The position numbers were made by a program, and so were the translations under genes. A stretch of DNA of 64,000 nucleotides from Clostridia bacterium. GTDB taxonomy: Bacteria > Bacillota > Clostridia > RGIG6154. Location of the stretch: assembly GCA_045589295.1 (NCBI GenBank), contig JAZNOU010000002.1:64001-128000 (forward strand), given 5' to 3'. Of the stretch, positions 36,027 through 45,791 are shown in pieces. The notes below the pieces were generated by a model, which saw nothing but the letters and a program-made list of their open reading frames with translations, was not told the origin of the DNA and did not search any database. The number at the start of each line of letters is the position of its first letter. The first letter of the stretch is position 1.

Positions 36027-37418
36027 ATGAATATTAGTGAAAGCTACATTAAACAAATTGTAGAACAGGTAATAAACGGAACACAGACCGTGGCTGGCAA
36101 CAAAACACTTAAAGGTGTATTCCCCACAATGGGCGAGGCGCTTGTTGCAGTTGAAAAAGCTTATAAAGAATTTAAATCATACAGCGTAGCACAGCGTGAG
36201 AAAATGATTTCTAAAATCAGAGAATACACATTGGCAGAAGCTGAAAATATGGCGGTGCTTGGTGTAAAAGAAACCAAAATGGGAAGGGTTTCTGATAAAA
36301 TTATCAAGCATCAGTTGGTTGCAAACAAAACTCCGGGTACTGAAGATTTACAGCCATCAGTTATGACAGGTGATGATGGTATGACATTGGTTGAAATGGC
36401 ACCTTACGGTGTAATTGGTAGTATCACACCTTCAACAAATCCATCAGAAACTGTTATTTGCAACTCAATGGGTATGATTGCAGGCGGAAATGCGGTTGTA
36501 TTTAATCCGCATCCTAACGCGTGTGATACAGCAAATTATGCAGTTGACCTTGTTAACAGAGCAGTTTTAGAGGCGGGAGGCCCAGAAAACTTAGTAGTTT
36601 CTGTTGCAAAACCTACGAGAGAGTCTTCAAATGAAATGATGGCTTCTCCTGTAGTTAAAATGCTTGTTGCAACAGGCGGACCTGGTGTTGTTAAAGCACT
36701 CTTGTCTTCTGGTAAAAAGGCAATTGGTGCAGGGGCAGGAAATCCTCCTGTTATTGTTGACGATACTGCAGATATTGAAAAAGCGGGCGCAGATATTGTT
36801 AAAGGTGCAAGCTTTGACAATAACTTGCCATGTATTGCAGAAAAAGAATGTTTTGTATTTAACAACGTGGCAGACAGACTTATTGCTTCAATGCTTGAAA
36901 ATGGTGCGTACCTTGTTAAAGGAGCAGACATTGATAAGCTTGTTAAAGTCGCACTTGTTGAAAAAGACGGAAAATATTCAATCAATAAAGATTTTGTAGG
37001 CAGAGATGCTTCTAAGTTCTTAAAAGAAATTGGAATTGATGCAGATCCAAGACTTATAATCTGTGAAACGGATTTTAACCATCCGTTTGTTCAGGAAGAA
37101 CTTATGATGCCAATTTTGCCGATTGTAAGAGTTAACAATATTGACGAAGCTATTGAACTTGCTGTTAAGGCAGAACACGGCAACCGTCACACAGCACATA
37201 TTCATTCAAAGAATATCGACCACCTTACAAGATTTGCAAGAGCGGTTGAAACAACAATTTTTGTTAAAAATGCTCCTTCTTATGCAGGTATCGGTGCAGG
37301 CGGAGAAGGTTATACAACATTTACTATAGCAGGTCCTACAGGTGAAGGTTTAACAGCTGCTCATTCATTCACCAGAAGCAGAAGATGCGTTATGGTAGAC
37401 GGACTTCATATTGTTTAA
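36027..37418 (+). CDS. pduP: CoA-acylating (propion)aldehyde dehydrogenase, PduP/EutE family, with N-terminal encapsulation peptide
   Basis: ITPSTNP, TGGPGVV, GAGNPP, SFDNNLPCIAEKE, ELMMP, EHGNRHTA, TGEG; N-terminus SESYIKQIVEQVI. Confidence 0.93.
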   Translation: MNISESYIKQIVEQVINGTQTVAGNKTLKGVFPTMGEALVAVEKAYKEFKSYSVAQREKMISKIREYTLAEAENMAVLGVKETKMGRVSDKIIKHQLVANKTPGTEDLQPSVMTGDDGMTLVEMAPYGVIGSITPSTNPSETVICNSMGMIAGGNAVVFNPHPNACDTANYAVDLVNRAVLEAGGPENLVVSVAKPTRESSNEMMASPVVKMLVATGGPGVVKALLSSGKKAIGAGAGNPPVIVDDTADIEKAGADIVKGASFDNNLPCIAEKECFVFNNVADRLIASMLENGAYLVKGADIDKLVKVALVEKDGKYSINKDFVGRDASKFLKEIGIDADPRLIICETDFNHPFVQEELMMPILPIVRVNNIDEAIELAVKAEHGNRHTAHIHSKNIDHLTRFARAVETTIFVKNAPSYAGIGAGGEGYTTFTIAGPTGEGLTAAHSFTRSRRCVMVDGLHIV

Positions 37419-37447
37419 TTTTACTTATTGACGAAAGGAAAGCGAAA

Positions 37448-38089
37448 ATGAAAGCTTTGGGAATGATAGAAGTTTATAGCTTTACAACTGCTGTATGTGT
37501 TGCCGACGTTGCAGCAAAGGCAGCAGATGTTAAGGTTATTGCTTTTGATAGAAACAGACCTATATCCCCTGATGTTCCAGCTCCGGTTGTAATGATTGTT
37601 AAAATTGAGGGTGAGGTTGCTGCAGTCAGAGCTGCAGTTGAAGCAGGTGTGAATTATTCAAAGGAAAAGGGTAAGTACATTGTATCTCATATAATTGCAC
37701 GTCCTGATGAAGACACAGAAAATATGGCTTATCTTATAGATATAAACAAAGATAAGTACAACAAAAAATTCCCCAAGAACTTTAAGGGCGTACAAACTTC
37801 AGAGCCTGAAACAAAAGGTGCTATTGGACTTTTGGAGGTAGAGGGTTTGGTTGCTTCAATTGAAGGATTGGATACAATGCTTAAAGCTGCTGAAGTTAAG
37901 CTGGTACATACAGAAAAAAGACTTGGAGGTAGACTTGTAACTTACATTATAACAGGTAATGTATCCTCAGTTAAAGCGGCTGTGGAAGCAGGTTATAGTG
38001 GTGCAAAAGTTTTAGGAAGAGTTTTTGGTAATGAGATAATTGCAAATCCTCATAATGAAGTACTTAAATTTTTTGATATGGAAGTTTAA
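37448..38089 (+). CDS. tandem two-domain BMC shell protein
   Basis: ALGMIEV...GEVAAVRAAVEAG...HIIARP, linker, AIGLLEV...EKRLGGRLV...IIANPH; ATG 37448 after GAAAGGA. Confidence 0.88.
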   Translation: MKALGMIEVYSFTTAVCVADVAAKAADVKVIAFDRNRPISPDVPAPVVMIVKIEGEVAAVRAAVEAGVNYSKEKGKYIVSHIIARPDEDTENMAYLIDINKDKYNKKFPKNFKGVQTSEPETKGAIGLLEVEGLVASIEGLDTMLKAAEVKLVHTEKRLGGRLVTYIITGNVSSVKAAVEAGYSGAKVLGRVFGNEIIANPHNEVLKFFDMEV

Positions 38090-38112
38090 TGTTGCATAAA
38101 GGAAGAGTTTTT

Positions 38113-38769
38113 ATGGATACAAAAATCATTGAAGATGCAGTTTTAAAGGCTATAAATGAATATAATATGGACGTAAGCGGCGAAATCAAAGTGGGTGTGT
38201 CACAAAGACATATTCATCTATCCCGTGAAGACCTTGACATTTTGTTTGGAAAAGGATATGAACTTACAAAAAAGAAAACTTTGATGGGAAGAGAGTATGC
38301 CTCGGAAGAAACAGTAACCTTAGTTGGACCATCACTAAAATCCATTGAAAAGGTGAGAGTTTTAGGTCCTGTGAGAAAAGACACACAGGTTGAAATTTCA
38401 AGAACGGATACTTTTATTTTAAAGGTTAGTCCGCCTGTTCGTCCGTCAGGTAAAATTGAAGGTTCTGAAAAAGTTGTTGTTGTAGGACCTAAAGGCAGTG
38501 TGTATTTAAGGCAGGGTGTTATTATTGCTAATCGTCACATTCATCTTACACCTGCTTACGCTGAGCGCCACGACATTAAAGACGGCGACTATGTTGATGT
38601 TATGGTTGAAGGCATTAAGCCAACCAAGTTTTTTGATGTTCAGGTGCGCGTGAGAGATGATTTTAATGTTGAAATGCATATTGATACTGATGATGCAAAC
38701 TCAGCAGGAATCAAAAACGGCAGTATTGTTAAAATTGTAAGAAAATGCGAAGATTGCAATTGTCGTTAA
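38113..38769 (+). CDS. pduL: phosphate propanoyltransferase PduL
   Basis: VGVSQRHIHLS, VRVLGP.R..TQVEIS.TD, NRHIH, MHIDTDDAN; N-terminal encapsulation-like helix (alternative ATG at 38089). Confidence 0.94.
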   Translation: MDTKIIEDAVLKAINEYNMDVSGEIKVGVSQRHIHLSREDLDILFGKGYELTKKKTLMGREYASEETVTLVGPSLKSIEKVRVLGPVRKDTQVEISRTDTFILKVSPPVRPSGKIEGSEKVVVVGPKGSVYLRQGVIIANRHIHLTPAYAERHDIKDGDYVDVMVEGIKPTKFFDVQVRVRDDFNVEMHIDTDDANSAGIKNGSIVKIVRKCEDCNCR

Positions 38770-38784
38770 GATAGTAGGGGTGAT

Positions 38785-39549
38785 ATGATGTTTGCTCTGG
38801 AACGCCAGAAAAAGATTTTAGAGCTTTTAGAACAAGATGGTGCGGTGTTTGTTACAAAATTAAGCACAGAACTTGGTGTTACAGAAGAAACCGTTCGCCG
38901 AGATCTTGAGAAGCTTGAAAAACAAGAGGCTTTAGTCAGAACTCACGGAGGCGCAATGCCGATTGTTGAATCTAACAGAGAGCTTTCTTTAGAAAAAAGA
39001 AAAAATATAAATGTTGATGCCAAAATTCGCTTAGCAAAAGAAGCGGTTAATCATATTGTGTCGGGTGATACAGTGTTTTTAGATGCATCGACTACAACGT
39101 TTTACATTGCCAGAGAACTTAAAAACTTTAAGAATGTTACTATTGTAACAAATTCGCTAAGAGTTATAACCGAGCTTGCAGGTCAGCCAAATTTAAATGT
39201 TATTGCAATCGGGGGGTACGCTTCTGATAATCAGTCACTTGTAGGGAGTATTGCTCAAAGAGATATTGCGAATAATTATTTTGCAAATAAGATGTTCTTC
39301 TCAAGCCGAGGCATGACAGAAAGTGTAGGTATTTTAGAAAGTAACGAGCAAGAGTGTGGTATAAAGCAGGCAATGATGAAAAATGCTGAGAAAAAATACT
39401 ACGTTTGCGATCACTCCAAAATTGGAAGGGTTGGATTTGCAAAGCTAGCACAATTTACCGATGTTGACTATGTAATTACTGAGGGACCTTTAGGAGAGTC
39501 GTTTAAAAAAATATTCGAAGATATTGACACGAAATTAGTTGAGATATAA
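38785..39549 (+). CDS. DeoR/GlpR family transcriptional regulator
   Basis: ERQKKIL, VTEETVRRDL..LE, RTHGGA, FLDASTT, VTNS, DHSK. Confidence 0.95.
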   Translation: MMFALERQKKILELLEQDGAVFVTKLSTELGVTEETVRRDLEKLEKQEALVRTHGGAMPIVESNRELSLEKRKNINVDAKIRLAKEAVNHIVSGDTVFLDASTTTFYIARELKNFKNVTIVTNSLRVITELAGQPNLNVIAIGGYASDNQSLVGSIAQRDIANNYFANKMFFSSRGMTESVGILESNEQECGIKQAMMKNAEKKYYVCDHSKIGRVGFAKLAQFTDVDYVITEGPLGESFKKIFEDIDTKLVEI

Positions 39550-39551
39550 TA

Positions 39552-39578
39552 AAAACAGGTGCACAACGCACCTGTTTT
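39552..39578 (+). terminator. intrinsic terminator ending the BMC operon
   Basis: AAAACAGGTGC-ACAAC-GCACCTGTTTT. Confidence 0.85.
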
Positions 39579-39755
39579 ATTATTTGAATAATTTTAGCAA
39601 AAGTAGTTGAATTTTAACTTATTATATTATATACTATTTGTAAGGTTGATACAATGCTCAAATCAAGAATATGTGCTTATAAGCAAAGCTTGGTGTAATG
39701 GGCGTTATTGAGATTGTAACACTAATTGTAAATGCATAAAAGAGGAATGATTACG

Positions 39756-41171
39756 TTGAGAAAAACAAAAATTATATGTACACTAGGACCATCTACTGAT
39801 AATCCCGAAATCATTGAAAAAATGGTTAAAGCAGGCATGAATGTTGCAAGACTTAATTTTTCACACGGGACTCACGAAGAACAGCTTAAAAGAATAAATA
39901 TGGTAAAAGAAGTAAGACAAAGGCTTAATTGCCCATTGGCGATTTTGCTTGATACCAAGGGACCTGAAATAAGAATAGGCATGTTTAAAGATGGGTTTGC
40001 AATGCTCAATGCAGGTCAGAAATTTACACTTGTGTGCGACGAGATACAAGGTGATAATCAAAGGGTTTCTGTATCACATAAAAAAATCTCCTCAATTTTA
40101 AAGAGCGGAGATACCATTCTGATAGATGATGGTTTAATAGAACTTAATGTTGAAGAATTTGACGGTAAAGATGTAGTTTGCCGGGTTATAAACGGGGGGA
40201 AGATTTCAAACAAAAAAAGTATAAATCTCCCAGGTGTTAAATTGGATATGCCTTATATGACCGAGCGTGACAGAGAAGATCTTTTGTTCGGAATTAAGGC
40301 AGATGTTGATTATGTTGCGGCTTCGTTTATCAGAAATGCCGATGATGTAAAATGTGTCAGAAACTTGCTTGATGAAAACGGCGGTAAAGATATTAAGTTG
40401 ATTTCAAAAATAGAAAATAACGAGGGTGTAGAAAATATTGACGAGATTTTAGCAGAGTCTAACGGTATTATGATTGCCAGAGGGGATATGGGTGTTGAAA
40501 TTTCGTTTGAAAGACTTCCTGCAATTCAAAAATCACTTATCAAAAAGTGCTATGAGGCTGGTAAGCCTGTAATTACCGCAACACAGATGCTTGAATCTAT
40601 GGTGCATAGCCCAAGACCTACAAGGGCAGAGGTTTCGGACGTGGCAAATGCTATTTATGACGGAACAAGCGCCATTATGCTTTCGGGTGAAACCGCTGCA
40701 GGTATGTATCCGATAGAAAGTGTTGAAACAATGTCAAAAATTGCCGAAATGACTGAGAAAAATATTCATTATAAGAAAAGATTTCTGGCTCAGCAAAAAA
40801 TAAAAAATACGTCTATTACTGACGCGGTAAGTCATGCTGCGTGCACAATGGCGATTGACTTGGGAGCGGCTGCTATTGTTGCAGTTACCACCAGCGGACA
40901 TACAGCGAGAATGCTTTCAAAATTCAGACCATCATGTCCGATAATTGCCGTTATAGTTGATGAAAAGGCATACCATCAGACTTCTATGACATGGGGAGTA
41001 GTTCCGGTAAAAAATGATATGCAGGAAACAATGGACGATATGTTTGAATCAGGAATGAGAAAGGCGATTACAACAAGAATTTTAAAAAAAGACGATATGA
41101 TAGTTTTAACAGGAGGATTACCTGTTGGAATTGCAGGAACAACAAATGTTGTAAAGGTGCAGATTTTATAA
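39756..41171 (+). CDS. pyk: pyruvate kinase
   Basis: RKTKIICTLGP, ARLNFSHG, DTKGPEIR, ARGDMGVE, TATQMLESM, PTRAE.SDVANA, MLSGETA; TTG start after AGAGGA. Confidence 0.97.
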   Translation: MRKTKIICTLGPSTDNPEIIEKMVKAGMNVARLNFSHGTHEEQLKRINMVKEVRQRLNCPLAILLDTKGPEIRIGMFKDGFAMLNAGQKFTLVCDEIQGDNQRVSVSHKKISSILKSGDTILIDDGLIELNVEEFDGKDVVCRVINGGKISNKKSINLPGVKLDMPYMTERDREDLLFGIKADVDYVAASFIRNADDVKCVRNLLDENGGKDIKLISKIENNEGVENIDEILAESNGIMIARGDMGVEISFERLPAIQKSLIKKCYEAGKPVITATQMLESMVHSPRPTRAEVSDVANAIYDGTSAIMLSGETAAGMYPIESVETMSKIAEMTEKNIHYKKRFLAQQKIKNTSITDAVSHAACTMAIDLGAAAIVAVTTSGHTARMLSKFRPSCPIIAVIVDEKAYHQTSMTWGVVPVKNDMQETMDDMFESGMRKAITTRILKKDDMIVLTGGLPVGIAGTTNVVKVQIL

Positions 41172-41204
41172 AAAAAGAAGGTGTGAAATTCACACCTTCT
41201 TTTT
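41172..41204. terminator. bidirectional intrinsic terminator
   Basis: AAAAAGAAGGTGTGAA-A-TTCACACCTTCTTTTT. Confidence 0.9.
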
Positions 41205-42285
41205 AAATATAGTCTTTTCGTTTTAATACACTTAAAGCAATGCCTATTGAGATGAATGTTGTAAGTATGGAAGAACCACCATAGCTGAAAAAAGGAAGAG
41301 GTATTCCTGTTACAGGCATTATTCCAATACACATTCCAATGTTTTCAAAACTCTGGAAAATAAGCATTGCGGAAATTCCTGCTAAAATGTATGACCCTGA
41401 GCTTTTTTTTACCTCAGCGGCATTTTTGATAAGAATAAAAATGATAGTGCAAAGCAATGCTATTATTAAAATTGAACCTAAAAAGCCAAGTTCTTCTCCC
41501 GCTACTGCAAATATAAAGTCTGTATGTTTTCCGGGTAGAAAATCCATCTGGATTTGGGTGCCTTGAAAAATACCTTTGCCAAAAAGTTTGCCGGCTCCTA
41601 CTGCGAGTTTTGATTGAATAACATTGTAGCCTGCCCCTGCAGGACTTAATTCCGGATTTAGAAAAACTAAAATTCTGTTTTTTTGAAATTCATCTAAAAA
41701 CATCCATATAAATGGTGTTGACGCTAAAAATATTGTGCCGGCAGCCACAAAATAACGAATTTTAAGACCTGCAAAAAACAACATAACGATTGTGATGAAT
41801 ATAAACACCATAGCAGTTCCGTAGTCAGGCTGAAGCAAAATAAGCGCAAGTGGAACTAAAATATGCAAAAGCAAAAGTGATATACTTTTAAAACTGTTAA
41901 TGTTTTTTGTGCTGCCAAGATGCGCTGAAAAGGTAAGAATAAAGCCTATTTTTGCAAATTCCGATGGTTGAATATTGACAGGGCCTAAAGCAATCCAACC
42001 GTTCGTGCCCGTTTGCTCTCTTCCCGTTCCGATAAAAAGAACTAAAATTAAAAGCACTGTGTATGCTATAAATATTATTTTATTAAGCTCAAGTAAAATT
42101 TCAAAATCCAGTGCCTTTAAAACAAGCATAATCGCAATTCCAAGAACTATCCCGATAGCCTGAACTACGACGTTTGATATGCTTCCGCTTGAATGAGTGG
42201 CGCTTGCTATTAAAACAAGCCCGTAGATGGCAGAAATAATACTAAGAGCTGTTAACACAGAAATGTGTTTGTTCTTTTTCTGCAT
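41203..42285 (-). CDS. rodA: SEDS family peptidoglycan polymerase (RodA-like)
   Basis: WI.LG...IQPSEFAK, QPDYGT, GYNVIQS..AVG.G, HTDFIFAVAGEELG, PVTGIPLPFFSYGGSS. Confidence 0.88.
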   Translation of the reverse strand: MQKKNKHISVLTALSIISAIYGLVLIASATHSSGSISNVVVQAIGIVLGIAIMLVLKALDFEILLELNKIIFIAYTVLLILVLFIGTGREQTGTNGWIALGPVNIQPSEFAKIGFILTFSAHLGSTKNINSFKSISLLLLHILVPLALILLQPDYGTAMVFIFITIVMLFFAGLKIRYFVAAGTIFLASTPFIWMFLDEFQKNRILVFLNPELSPAGAGYNVIQSKLAVGAGKLFGKGIFQGTQIQMDFLPGKHTDFIFAVAGEELGFLGSILIIALLCTIIFILIKNAAEVKKSSGSYILAGISAMLIFQSFENIGMCIGIMPVTGIPLPFFSYGGSSILTTFISIGIALSVLKRKDYI

Positions 42286-42365
42286 AAAAAACTCCTGTAA
42301 ATTTATTTGTAGCTTAATTATAATTTATTTAAAGGTAAAAGTAAAGAGTTTTTTTGCCAAAAATG

Positions 42366-42394
42366 TGGACAAATATTCTTAAATATGGTAAAAT
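42366..42394 (+). promoter_or_regulatory. sigmaA promoter of gltX-glnS-metG
   Basis: TGGACA-17 nt-TAAAAT with extended TG. Confidence 0.6.
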
Positions 42395-42438
42395 AAAGAT
42401 TATTATAATTATGTAAATGTTAAGGGAGATGAACAGTA

Positions 42439-44094
42439 ATGGATTACGAAAAATTAGCGGAACTTGTTTTGCCCGAAATTGATAAAAACATACAAGATTA
42501 TGAGTTGATATATCCCAAAAGACAACTTCCAGAAGGTGCACAGGTTACAAGGTTTGCACCTTCACCTACAGGATTTTTGCATATAGGCGGTCTTTTTTCT
42601 GCACTCATATCTGAAAGAACTGCTCATCAAAGCGGCGGAAAATTTATTTTAAGAATTGAGGATACTGACAAAAAACGCGAGGTTGAAAATGGCGTTGAAA
42701 AAATTTTGGAAGGTCTTAAAGAATTTGGCGTTAATGTTGACGAGGGTGTTATAGGAGAAGATAAGGAAACAGGAGATTATGGCCCTTATACTCAGAGCAA
42801 ACGCGGTGCTATTTACGGAGCATTTGCAAAAGAACTTGTAAAAAAAGGTTTGGCATATCCGTGCTTTTGCACAGAAGAAGAAATTGCCGGCATAAGACAG
42901 TTACAAGAACAACAAAAGCTTCTTCCTGGTTACTATGGCGAATTTGCAAAGTGCAGAGAGCTTACTTTAGAACAAGTTGAAGAAAACATCAAAAAAGGAA
43001 TGCCTTTTGTTTTAAGATTAAAATCACCCGGAAATGCCGAAAGAAAAGTTTCTTTTAAAGACGGTATAAGAGGCAAGATTGAAATGCCTGAAAATATTGT
43101 GGATGTTGTAATTTTAAAATCGGATAAAATCCCCACATACCACTTTGCACACGCGGTTGATGACTATCTTATGGGTACAACTTATGTTATCAGAGGCGAT
43201 GAATGGATTTCGTCCGTTCCAATACATCTGCAGCTTTTCTACTGTCTTGGTATCAAGCCTCCTAAATATGCACATATTGCGCCCATTATGAAAGAAGATG
43301 GTGGCGGAAAAAGAAAAATTTCAAAACGTAAAGACCCCGAAGCTGCAGTTTCTTTTTACACAGAAGAGGGTTTTCCGGTTGACGGAGTTATGGAATATCT
43401 TTTGAATTTGGCAAACTACACGTTTGAAGATTTTAAACGCGCTAATAAAAAGGCTCACTGGACAGAGTTTAAGCTTGAAATGAATAAAATGAGCAACTCA
43501 GGCGGGCTTTTTGATATGGTAAAGCTTACCGATATATGCAAAAACATTATTGCATCAATGACGGCTGAGGAAGTTTATGAAAAAGCGGCTGCTTGGGCAA
43601 AGGTGTTTGACAAAGAACTTTATGAGCTTTTGTCACGGGATAAAGAATTCAGCACAAAAATGTTCGGGTTTGACAGAAATCCCGACAAACCAAGAAAAGA
43701 TATTGCAAAGTGGTCTGATGTAAGAGAAAGCTTTTCATTTATGTTTGATGAAACTTTTGATGGTAAATACGCTGAAGTTGAAAATGTATCAAAGGAAGAT
43801 GCGAAAAAAATCCTTGACCTGTATAAAGTTATGTATGACGAAACTGCAGATAACACAGCGTGGTTTGAAACTATGAAGGATTTGGCTGAAAAAGTTGGAT
43901 TTGCAAGAGAAGTTAAAGAATATAAAGCAAATCCGGATGCTTTTCCGGGGCATGTTGGTGATGTGAGTAATATAATAAGAGTTGCAGTTACAGGCAGAAC
44001 AAAATCACCTGATCTTTGCTCTATTATGAAACTTTTAGGGAAAGAAAAAGTTGTAGCAAGAATTGACAGAGCAATTGCTGCTCTAGGACTATAA
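42439..44094 (+). CDS. gltX: glutamate--tRNA ligase
   Basis: [47 protein letters not shown]. Confidence 0.95.
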   Translation: MDYEKLAELVLPEIDKNIQDYELIYPKRQLPEGAQVTRFAPSPTGFLHIGGLFSALISERTAHQSGGKFILRIEDTDKKREVENGVEKILEGLKEFGVNVDEGVIGEDKETGDYGPYTQSKRGAIYGAFAKELVKKGLAYPCFCTEEEIAGIRQLQEQQKLLPGYYGEFAKCRELTLEQVEENIKKGMPFVLRLKSPGNAERKVSFKDGIRGKIEMPENIVDVVILKSDKIPTYHFAHAVDDYLMGTTYVIRGDEWISSVPIHLQLFYCLGIKPPKYAHIAPIMKEDGGGKRKISKRKDPEAAVSFYTEEGFPVDGVMEYLLNLANYTFEDFKRANKKAHWTEFKLEMNKMSNSGGLFDMVKLTDICKNIIASMTAEEVYEKAAAWAKVFDKELYELLSRDKEFSTKMFGFDRNPDKPRKDIAKWSDVRESFSFMFDETFDGKYAEVENVSKEDAKKILDLYKVMYDETADNTAWFETMKDLAEKVGFAREVKEYKANPDAFPGHVGDVSNIIRVAVTGRTKSPDLCSIMKLLGKEKVVARIDRAIAALGL

Positions 44095-44113
44095 AAGTCA
44101 AAGGAGAAGAACA

Positions 44114-45769
44114 ATGGAAGAATATATTTCATCTAATTTTATTCATGATGCAATAGATAAAGATTTGGAAGATGGCGTTTACAATTCTGTTCAGACAAGA
44201 TTCCCACCAGAGCCTAACGGATATTTGCACATAGGTCATGTTAAAGCGATTAATATTGATTTTTCTACTGCTAAAAAGTACAATGGGAAATGCAATTTAA
44301 GACTTGACGATACAAACCCGACTAAAGAAGATACCGAGTATGTGGATGCTATAATGGAGGACATCAAGTGGCTTGGATTTGAATGGGAAAATGTATATTA
44401 CGCATCGGATTATTTCCCGATTATCTATGACTGTGCGATAAAACTTATCAAGAAAGGCAAGGCTTTTGTTTGTGACCTTACCCCAGATGAAATGAGAGAG
44501 TACAGAGGAACACTTAAAGAACCAGGTAAAGAGAGTCCGTACAGAAACAGAAGTGTGGAAGAAAACCTTGATTTGTTTGAAAGAATGACAAAAGGTGAGT
44601 TTGAAACAGGTTCAAAGGTTCTTCGTGCAAAAATTGATATGGCATCAGGTAATCTTAATATGCGAGATCCTATCATTTACAGAGTTTTAAAGGCTACTCA
44701 TCACAGAACAGGAGATAAATGGTGTGTTTATCCTATGTATGACTTTGCACATCCTATTTCAGATGCTGCAGAAGGTGTTACACATTCACTTTGTTCACTT
44801 GAGTTTGAAGACCACAGACCGCTTTATGATTGGGTTTTAAAAGAATGTGATTTTGAAGTTCCGTCAAGACAAATTGAGTTTGCAAGACTTAATTTGACAA
44901 ACACTTTAACAAGCAAAAGAAAGTGTAAAAAACTTGTTGATGACGGTATTGTTGATGGTTGGGACGATCCGAGGATGTCAACCATTTCTGCCATGAGAAG
45001 AAGAGGATACCCTGCAGATGCTATGATTGATTTTGCTAATCGTATTGGTGTGGCAAAGGCATTCAGCGTTGTTGATTATGCACTTTTAGAGCATTGTGTA
45101 AGAGAAAATCTTAACTTAAATGCACCTCGTGCTATGGCTGTTTTGGATCCCCTTAAAGTAACAATTGAAAACTATCCCGAAAATGTAAGTGAAGATATAG
45201 AAGTTGACATCAATCCAAATGACGAAACCGCAGGCAAAAAAACAGTTACATTCTCAAGAAATATATTTATTGAAAAAGATGACTTTATGGAAGTTCCTGT
45301 TAAAGGCTACAAGAGACTTACACCTGACAATGAGGTAAGACTTAAAGGCGCGTACTTTGTAAGGGTTAAAGATATTATAAAAAATGAAAACGGCGAAGTG
45401 GTTGAGCTTATATGCACATACGACCCTGAGTCTAAGGGCGGAAATTCACCAGACGGAAGAAAAGTTAAAGGGACAATCCAATGGGTTGATGCTAACAATT
45501 GTTTAACTGCTCAGGTTAATATGTATGACAAATTATTTATGACTTCAAATCCGGGTGATTTAGAGGATTATCTTGACAATTTAAATCCTGACTCACTTAA
45601 AGTTTTAACAAATTGCAAAATTGACAAGGATTTGGAAAATGCAAAACCTGGTGACAGCTTCCAGTTTATGAGAAATGGATACTTTACAGTAGATAAAAAC
45701 TCCGGCGAAGATAAAATAATATTCAACTTGACTGTTACACTTAAAGATTCATATAAGCCTACAGTATAA
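44114..45769 (+). CDS. glnS: glutamine--tRNA ligase
   Basis: [59 protein letters not shown]. Confidence 0.96.
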   Translation: MEEYISSNFIHDAIDKDLEDGVYNSVQTRFPPEPNGYLHIGHVKAINIDFSTAKKYNGKCNLRLDDTNPTKEDTEYVDAIMEDIKWLGFEWENVYYASDYFPIIYDCAIKLIKKGKAFVCDLTPDEMREYRGTLKEPGKESPYRNRSVEENLDLFERMTKGEFETGSKVLRAKIDMASGNLNMRDPIIYRVLKATHHRTGDKWCVYPMYDFAHPISDAAEGVTHSLCSLEFEDHRPLYDWVLKECDFEVPSRQIEFARLNLTNTLTSKRKCKKLVDDGIVDGWDDPRMSTISAMRRRGYPADAMIDFANRIGVAKAFSVVDYALLEHCVRENLNLNAPRAMAVLDPLKVTIENYPENVSEDIEVDINPNDETAGKKTVTFSRNIFIEKDDFMEVPVKGYKRLTPDNEVRLKGAYFVRVKDIIKNENGEVVELICTYDPESKGGNSPDGRKVKGTIQWVDANNCLTAQVNMYDKLFMTSNPGDLEDYLDNLNPDSLKVLTNCKIDKDLENAKPGDSFQFMRNGYFTVDKNSGEDKIIFNLTVTLKDSYKPTV

Positions 45770-45791
45770 GTTGTTGAAAGGATATGATAAA

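Noticed and set aside
38089-38113. Third dual-start gene (pduL ATG 38089 vs 38113)
   Set aside because: Only an 8-codon difference, and the upstream ATG merely overlaps the previous stop; ordinary start ambiguity
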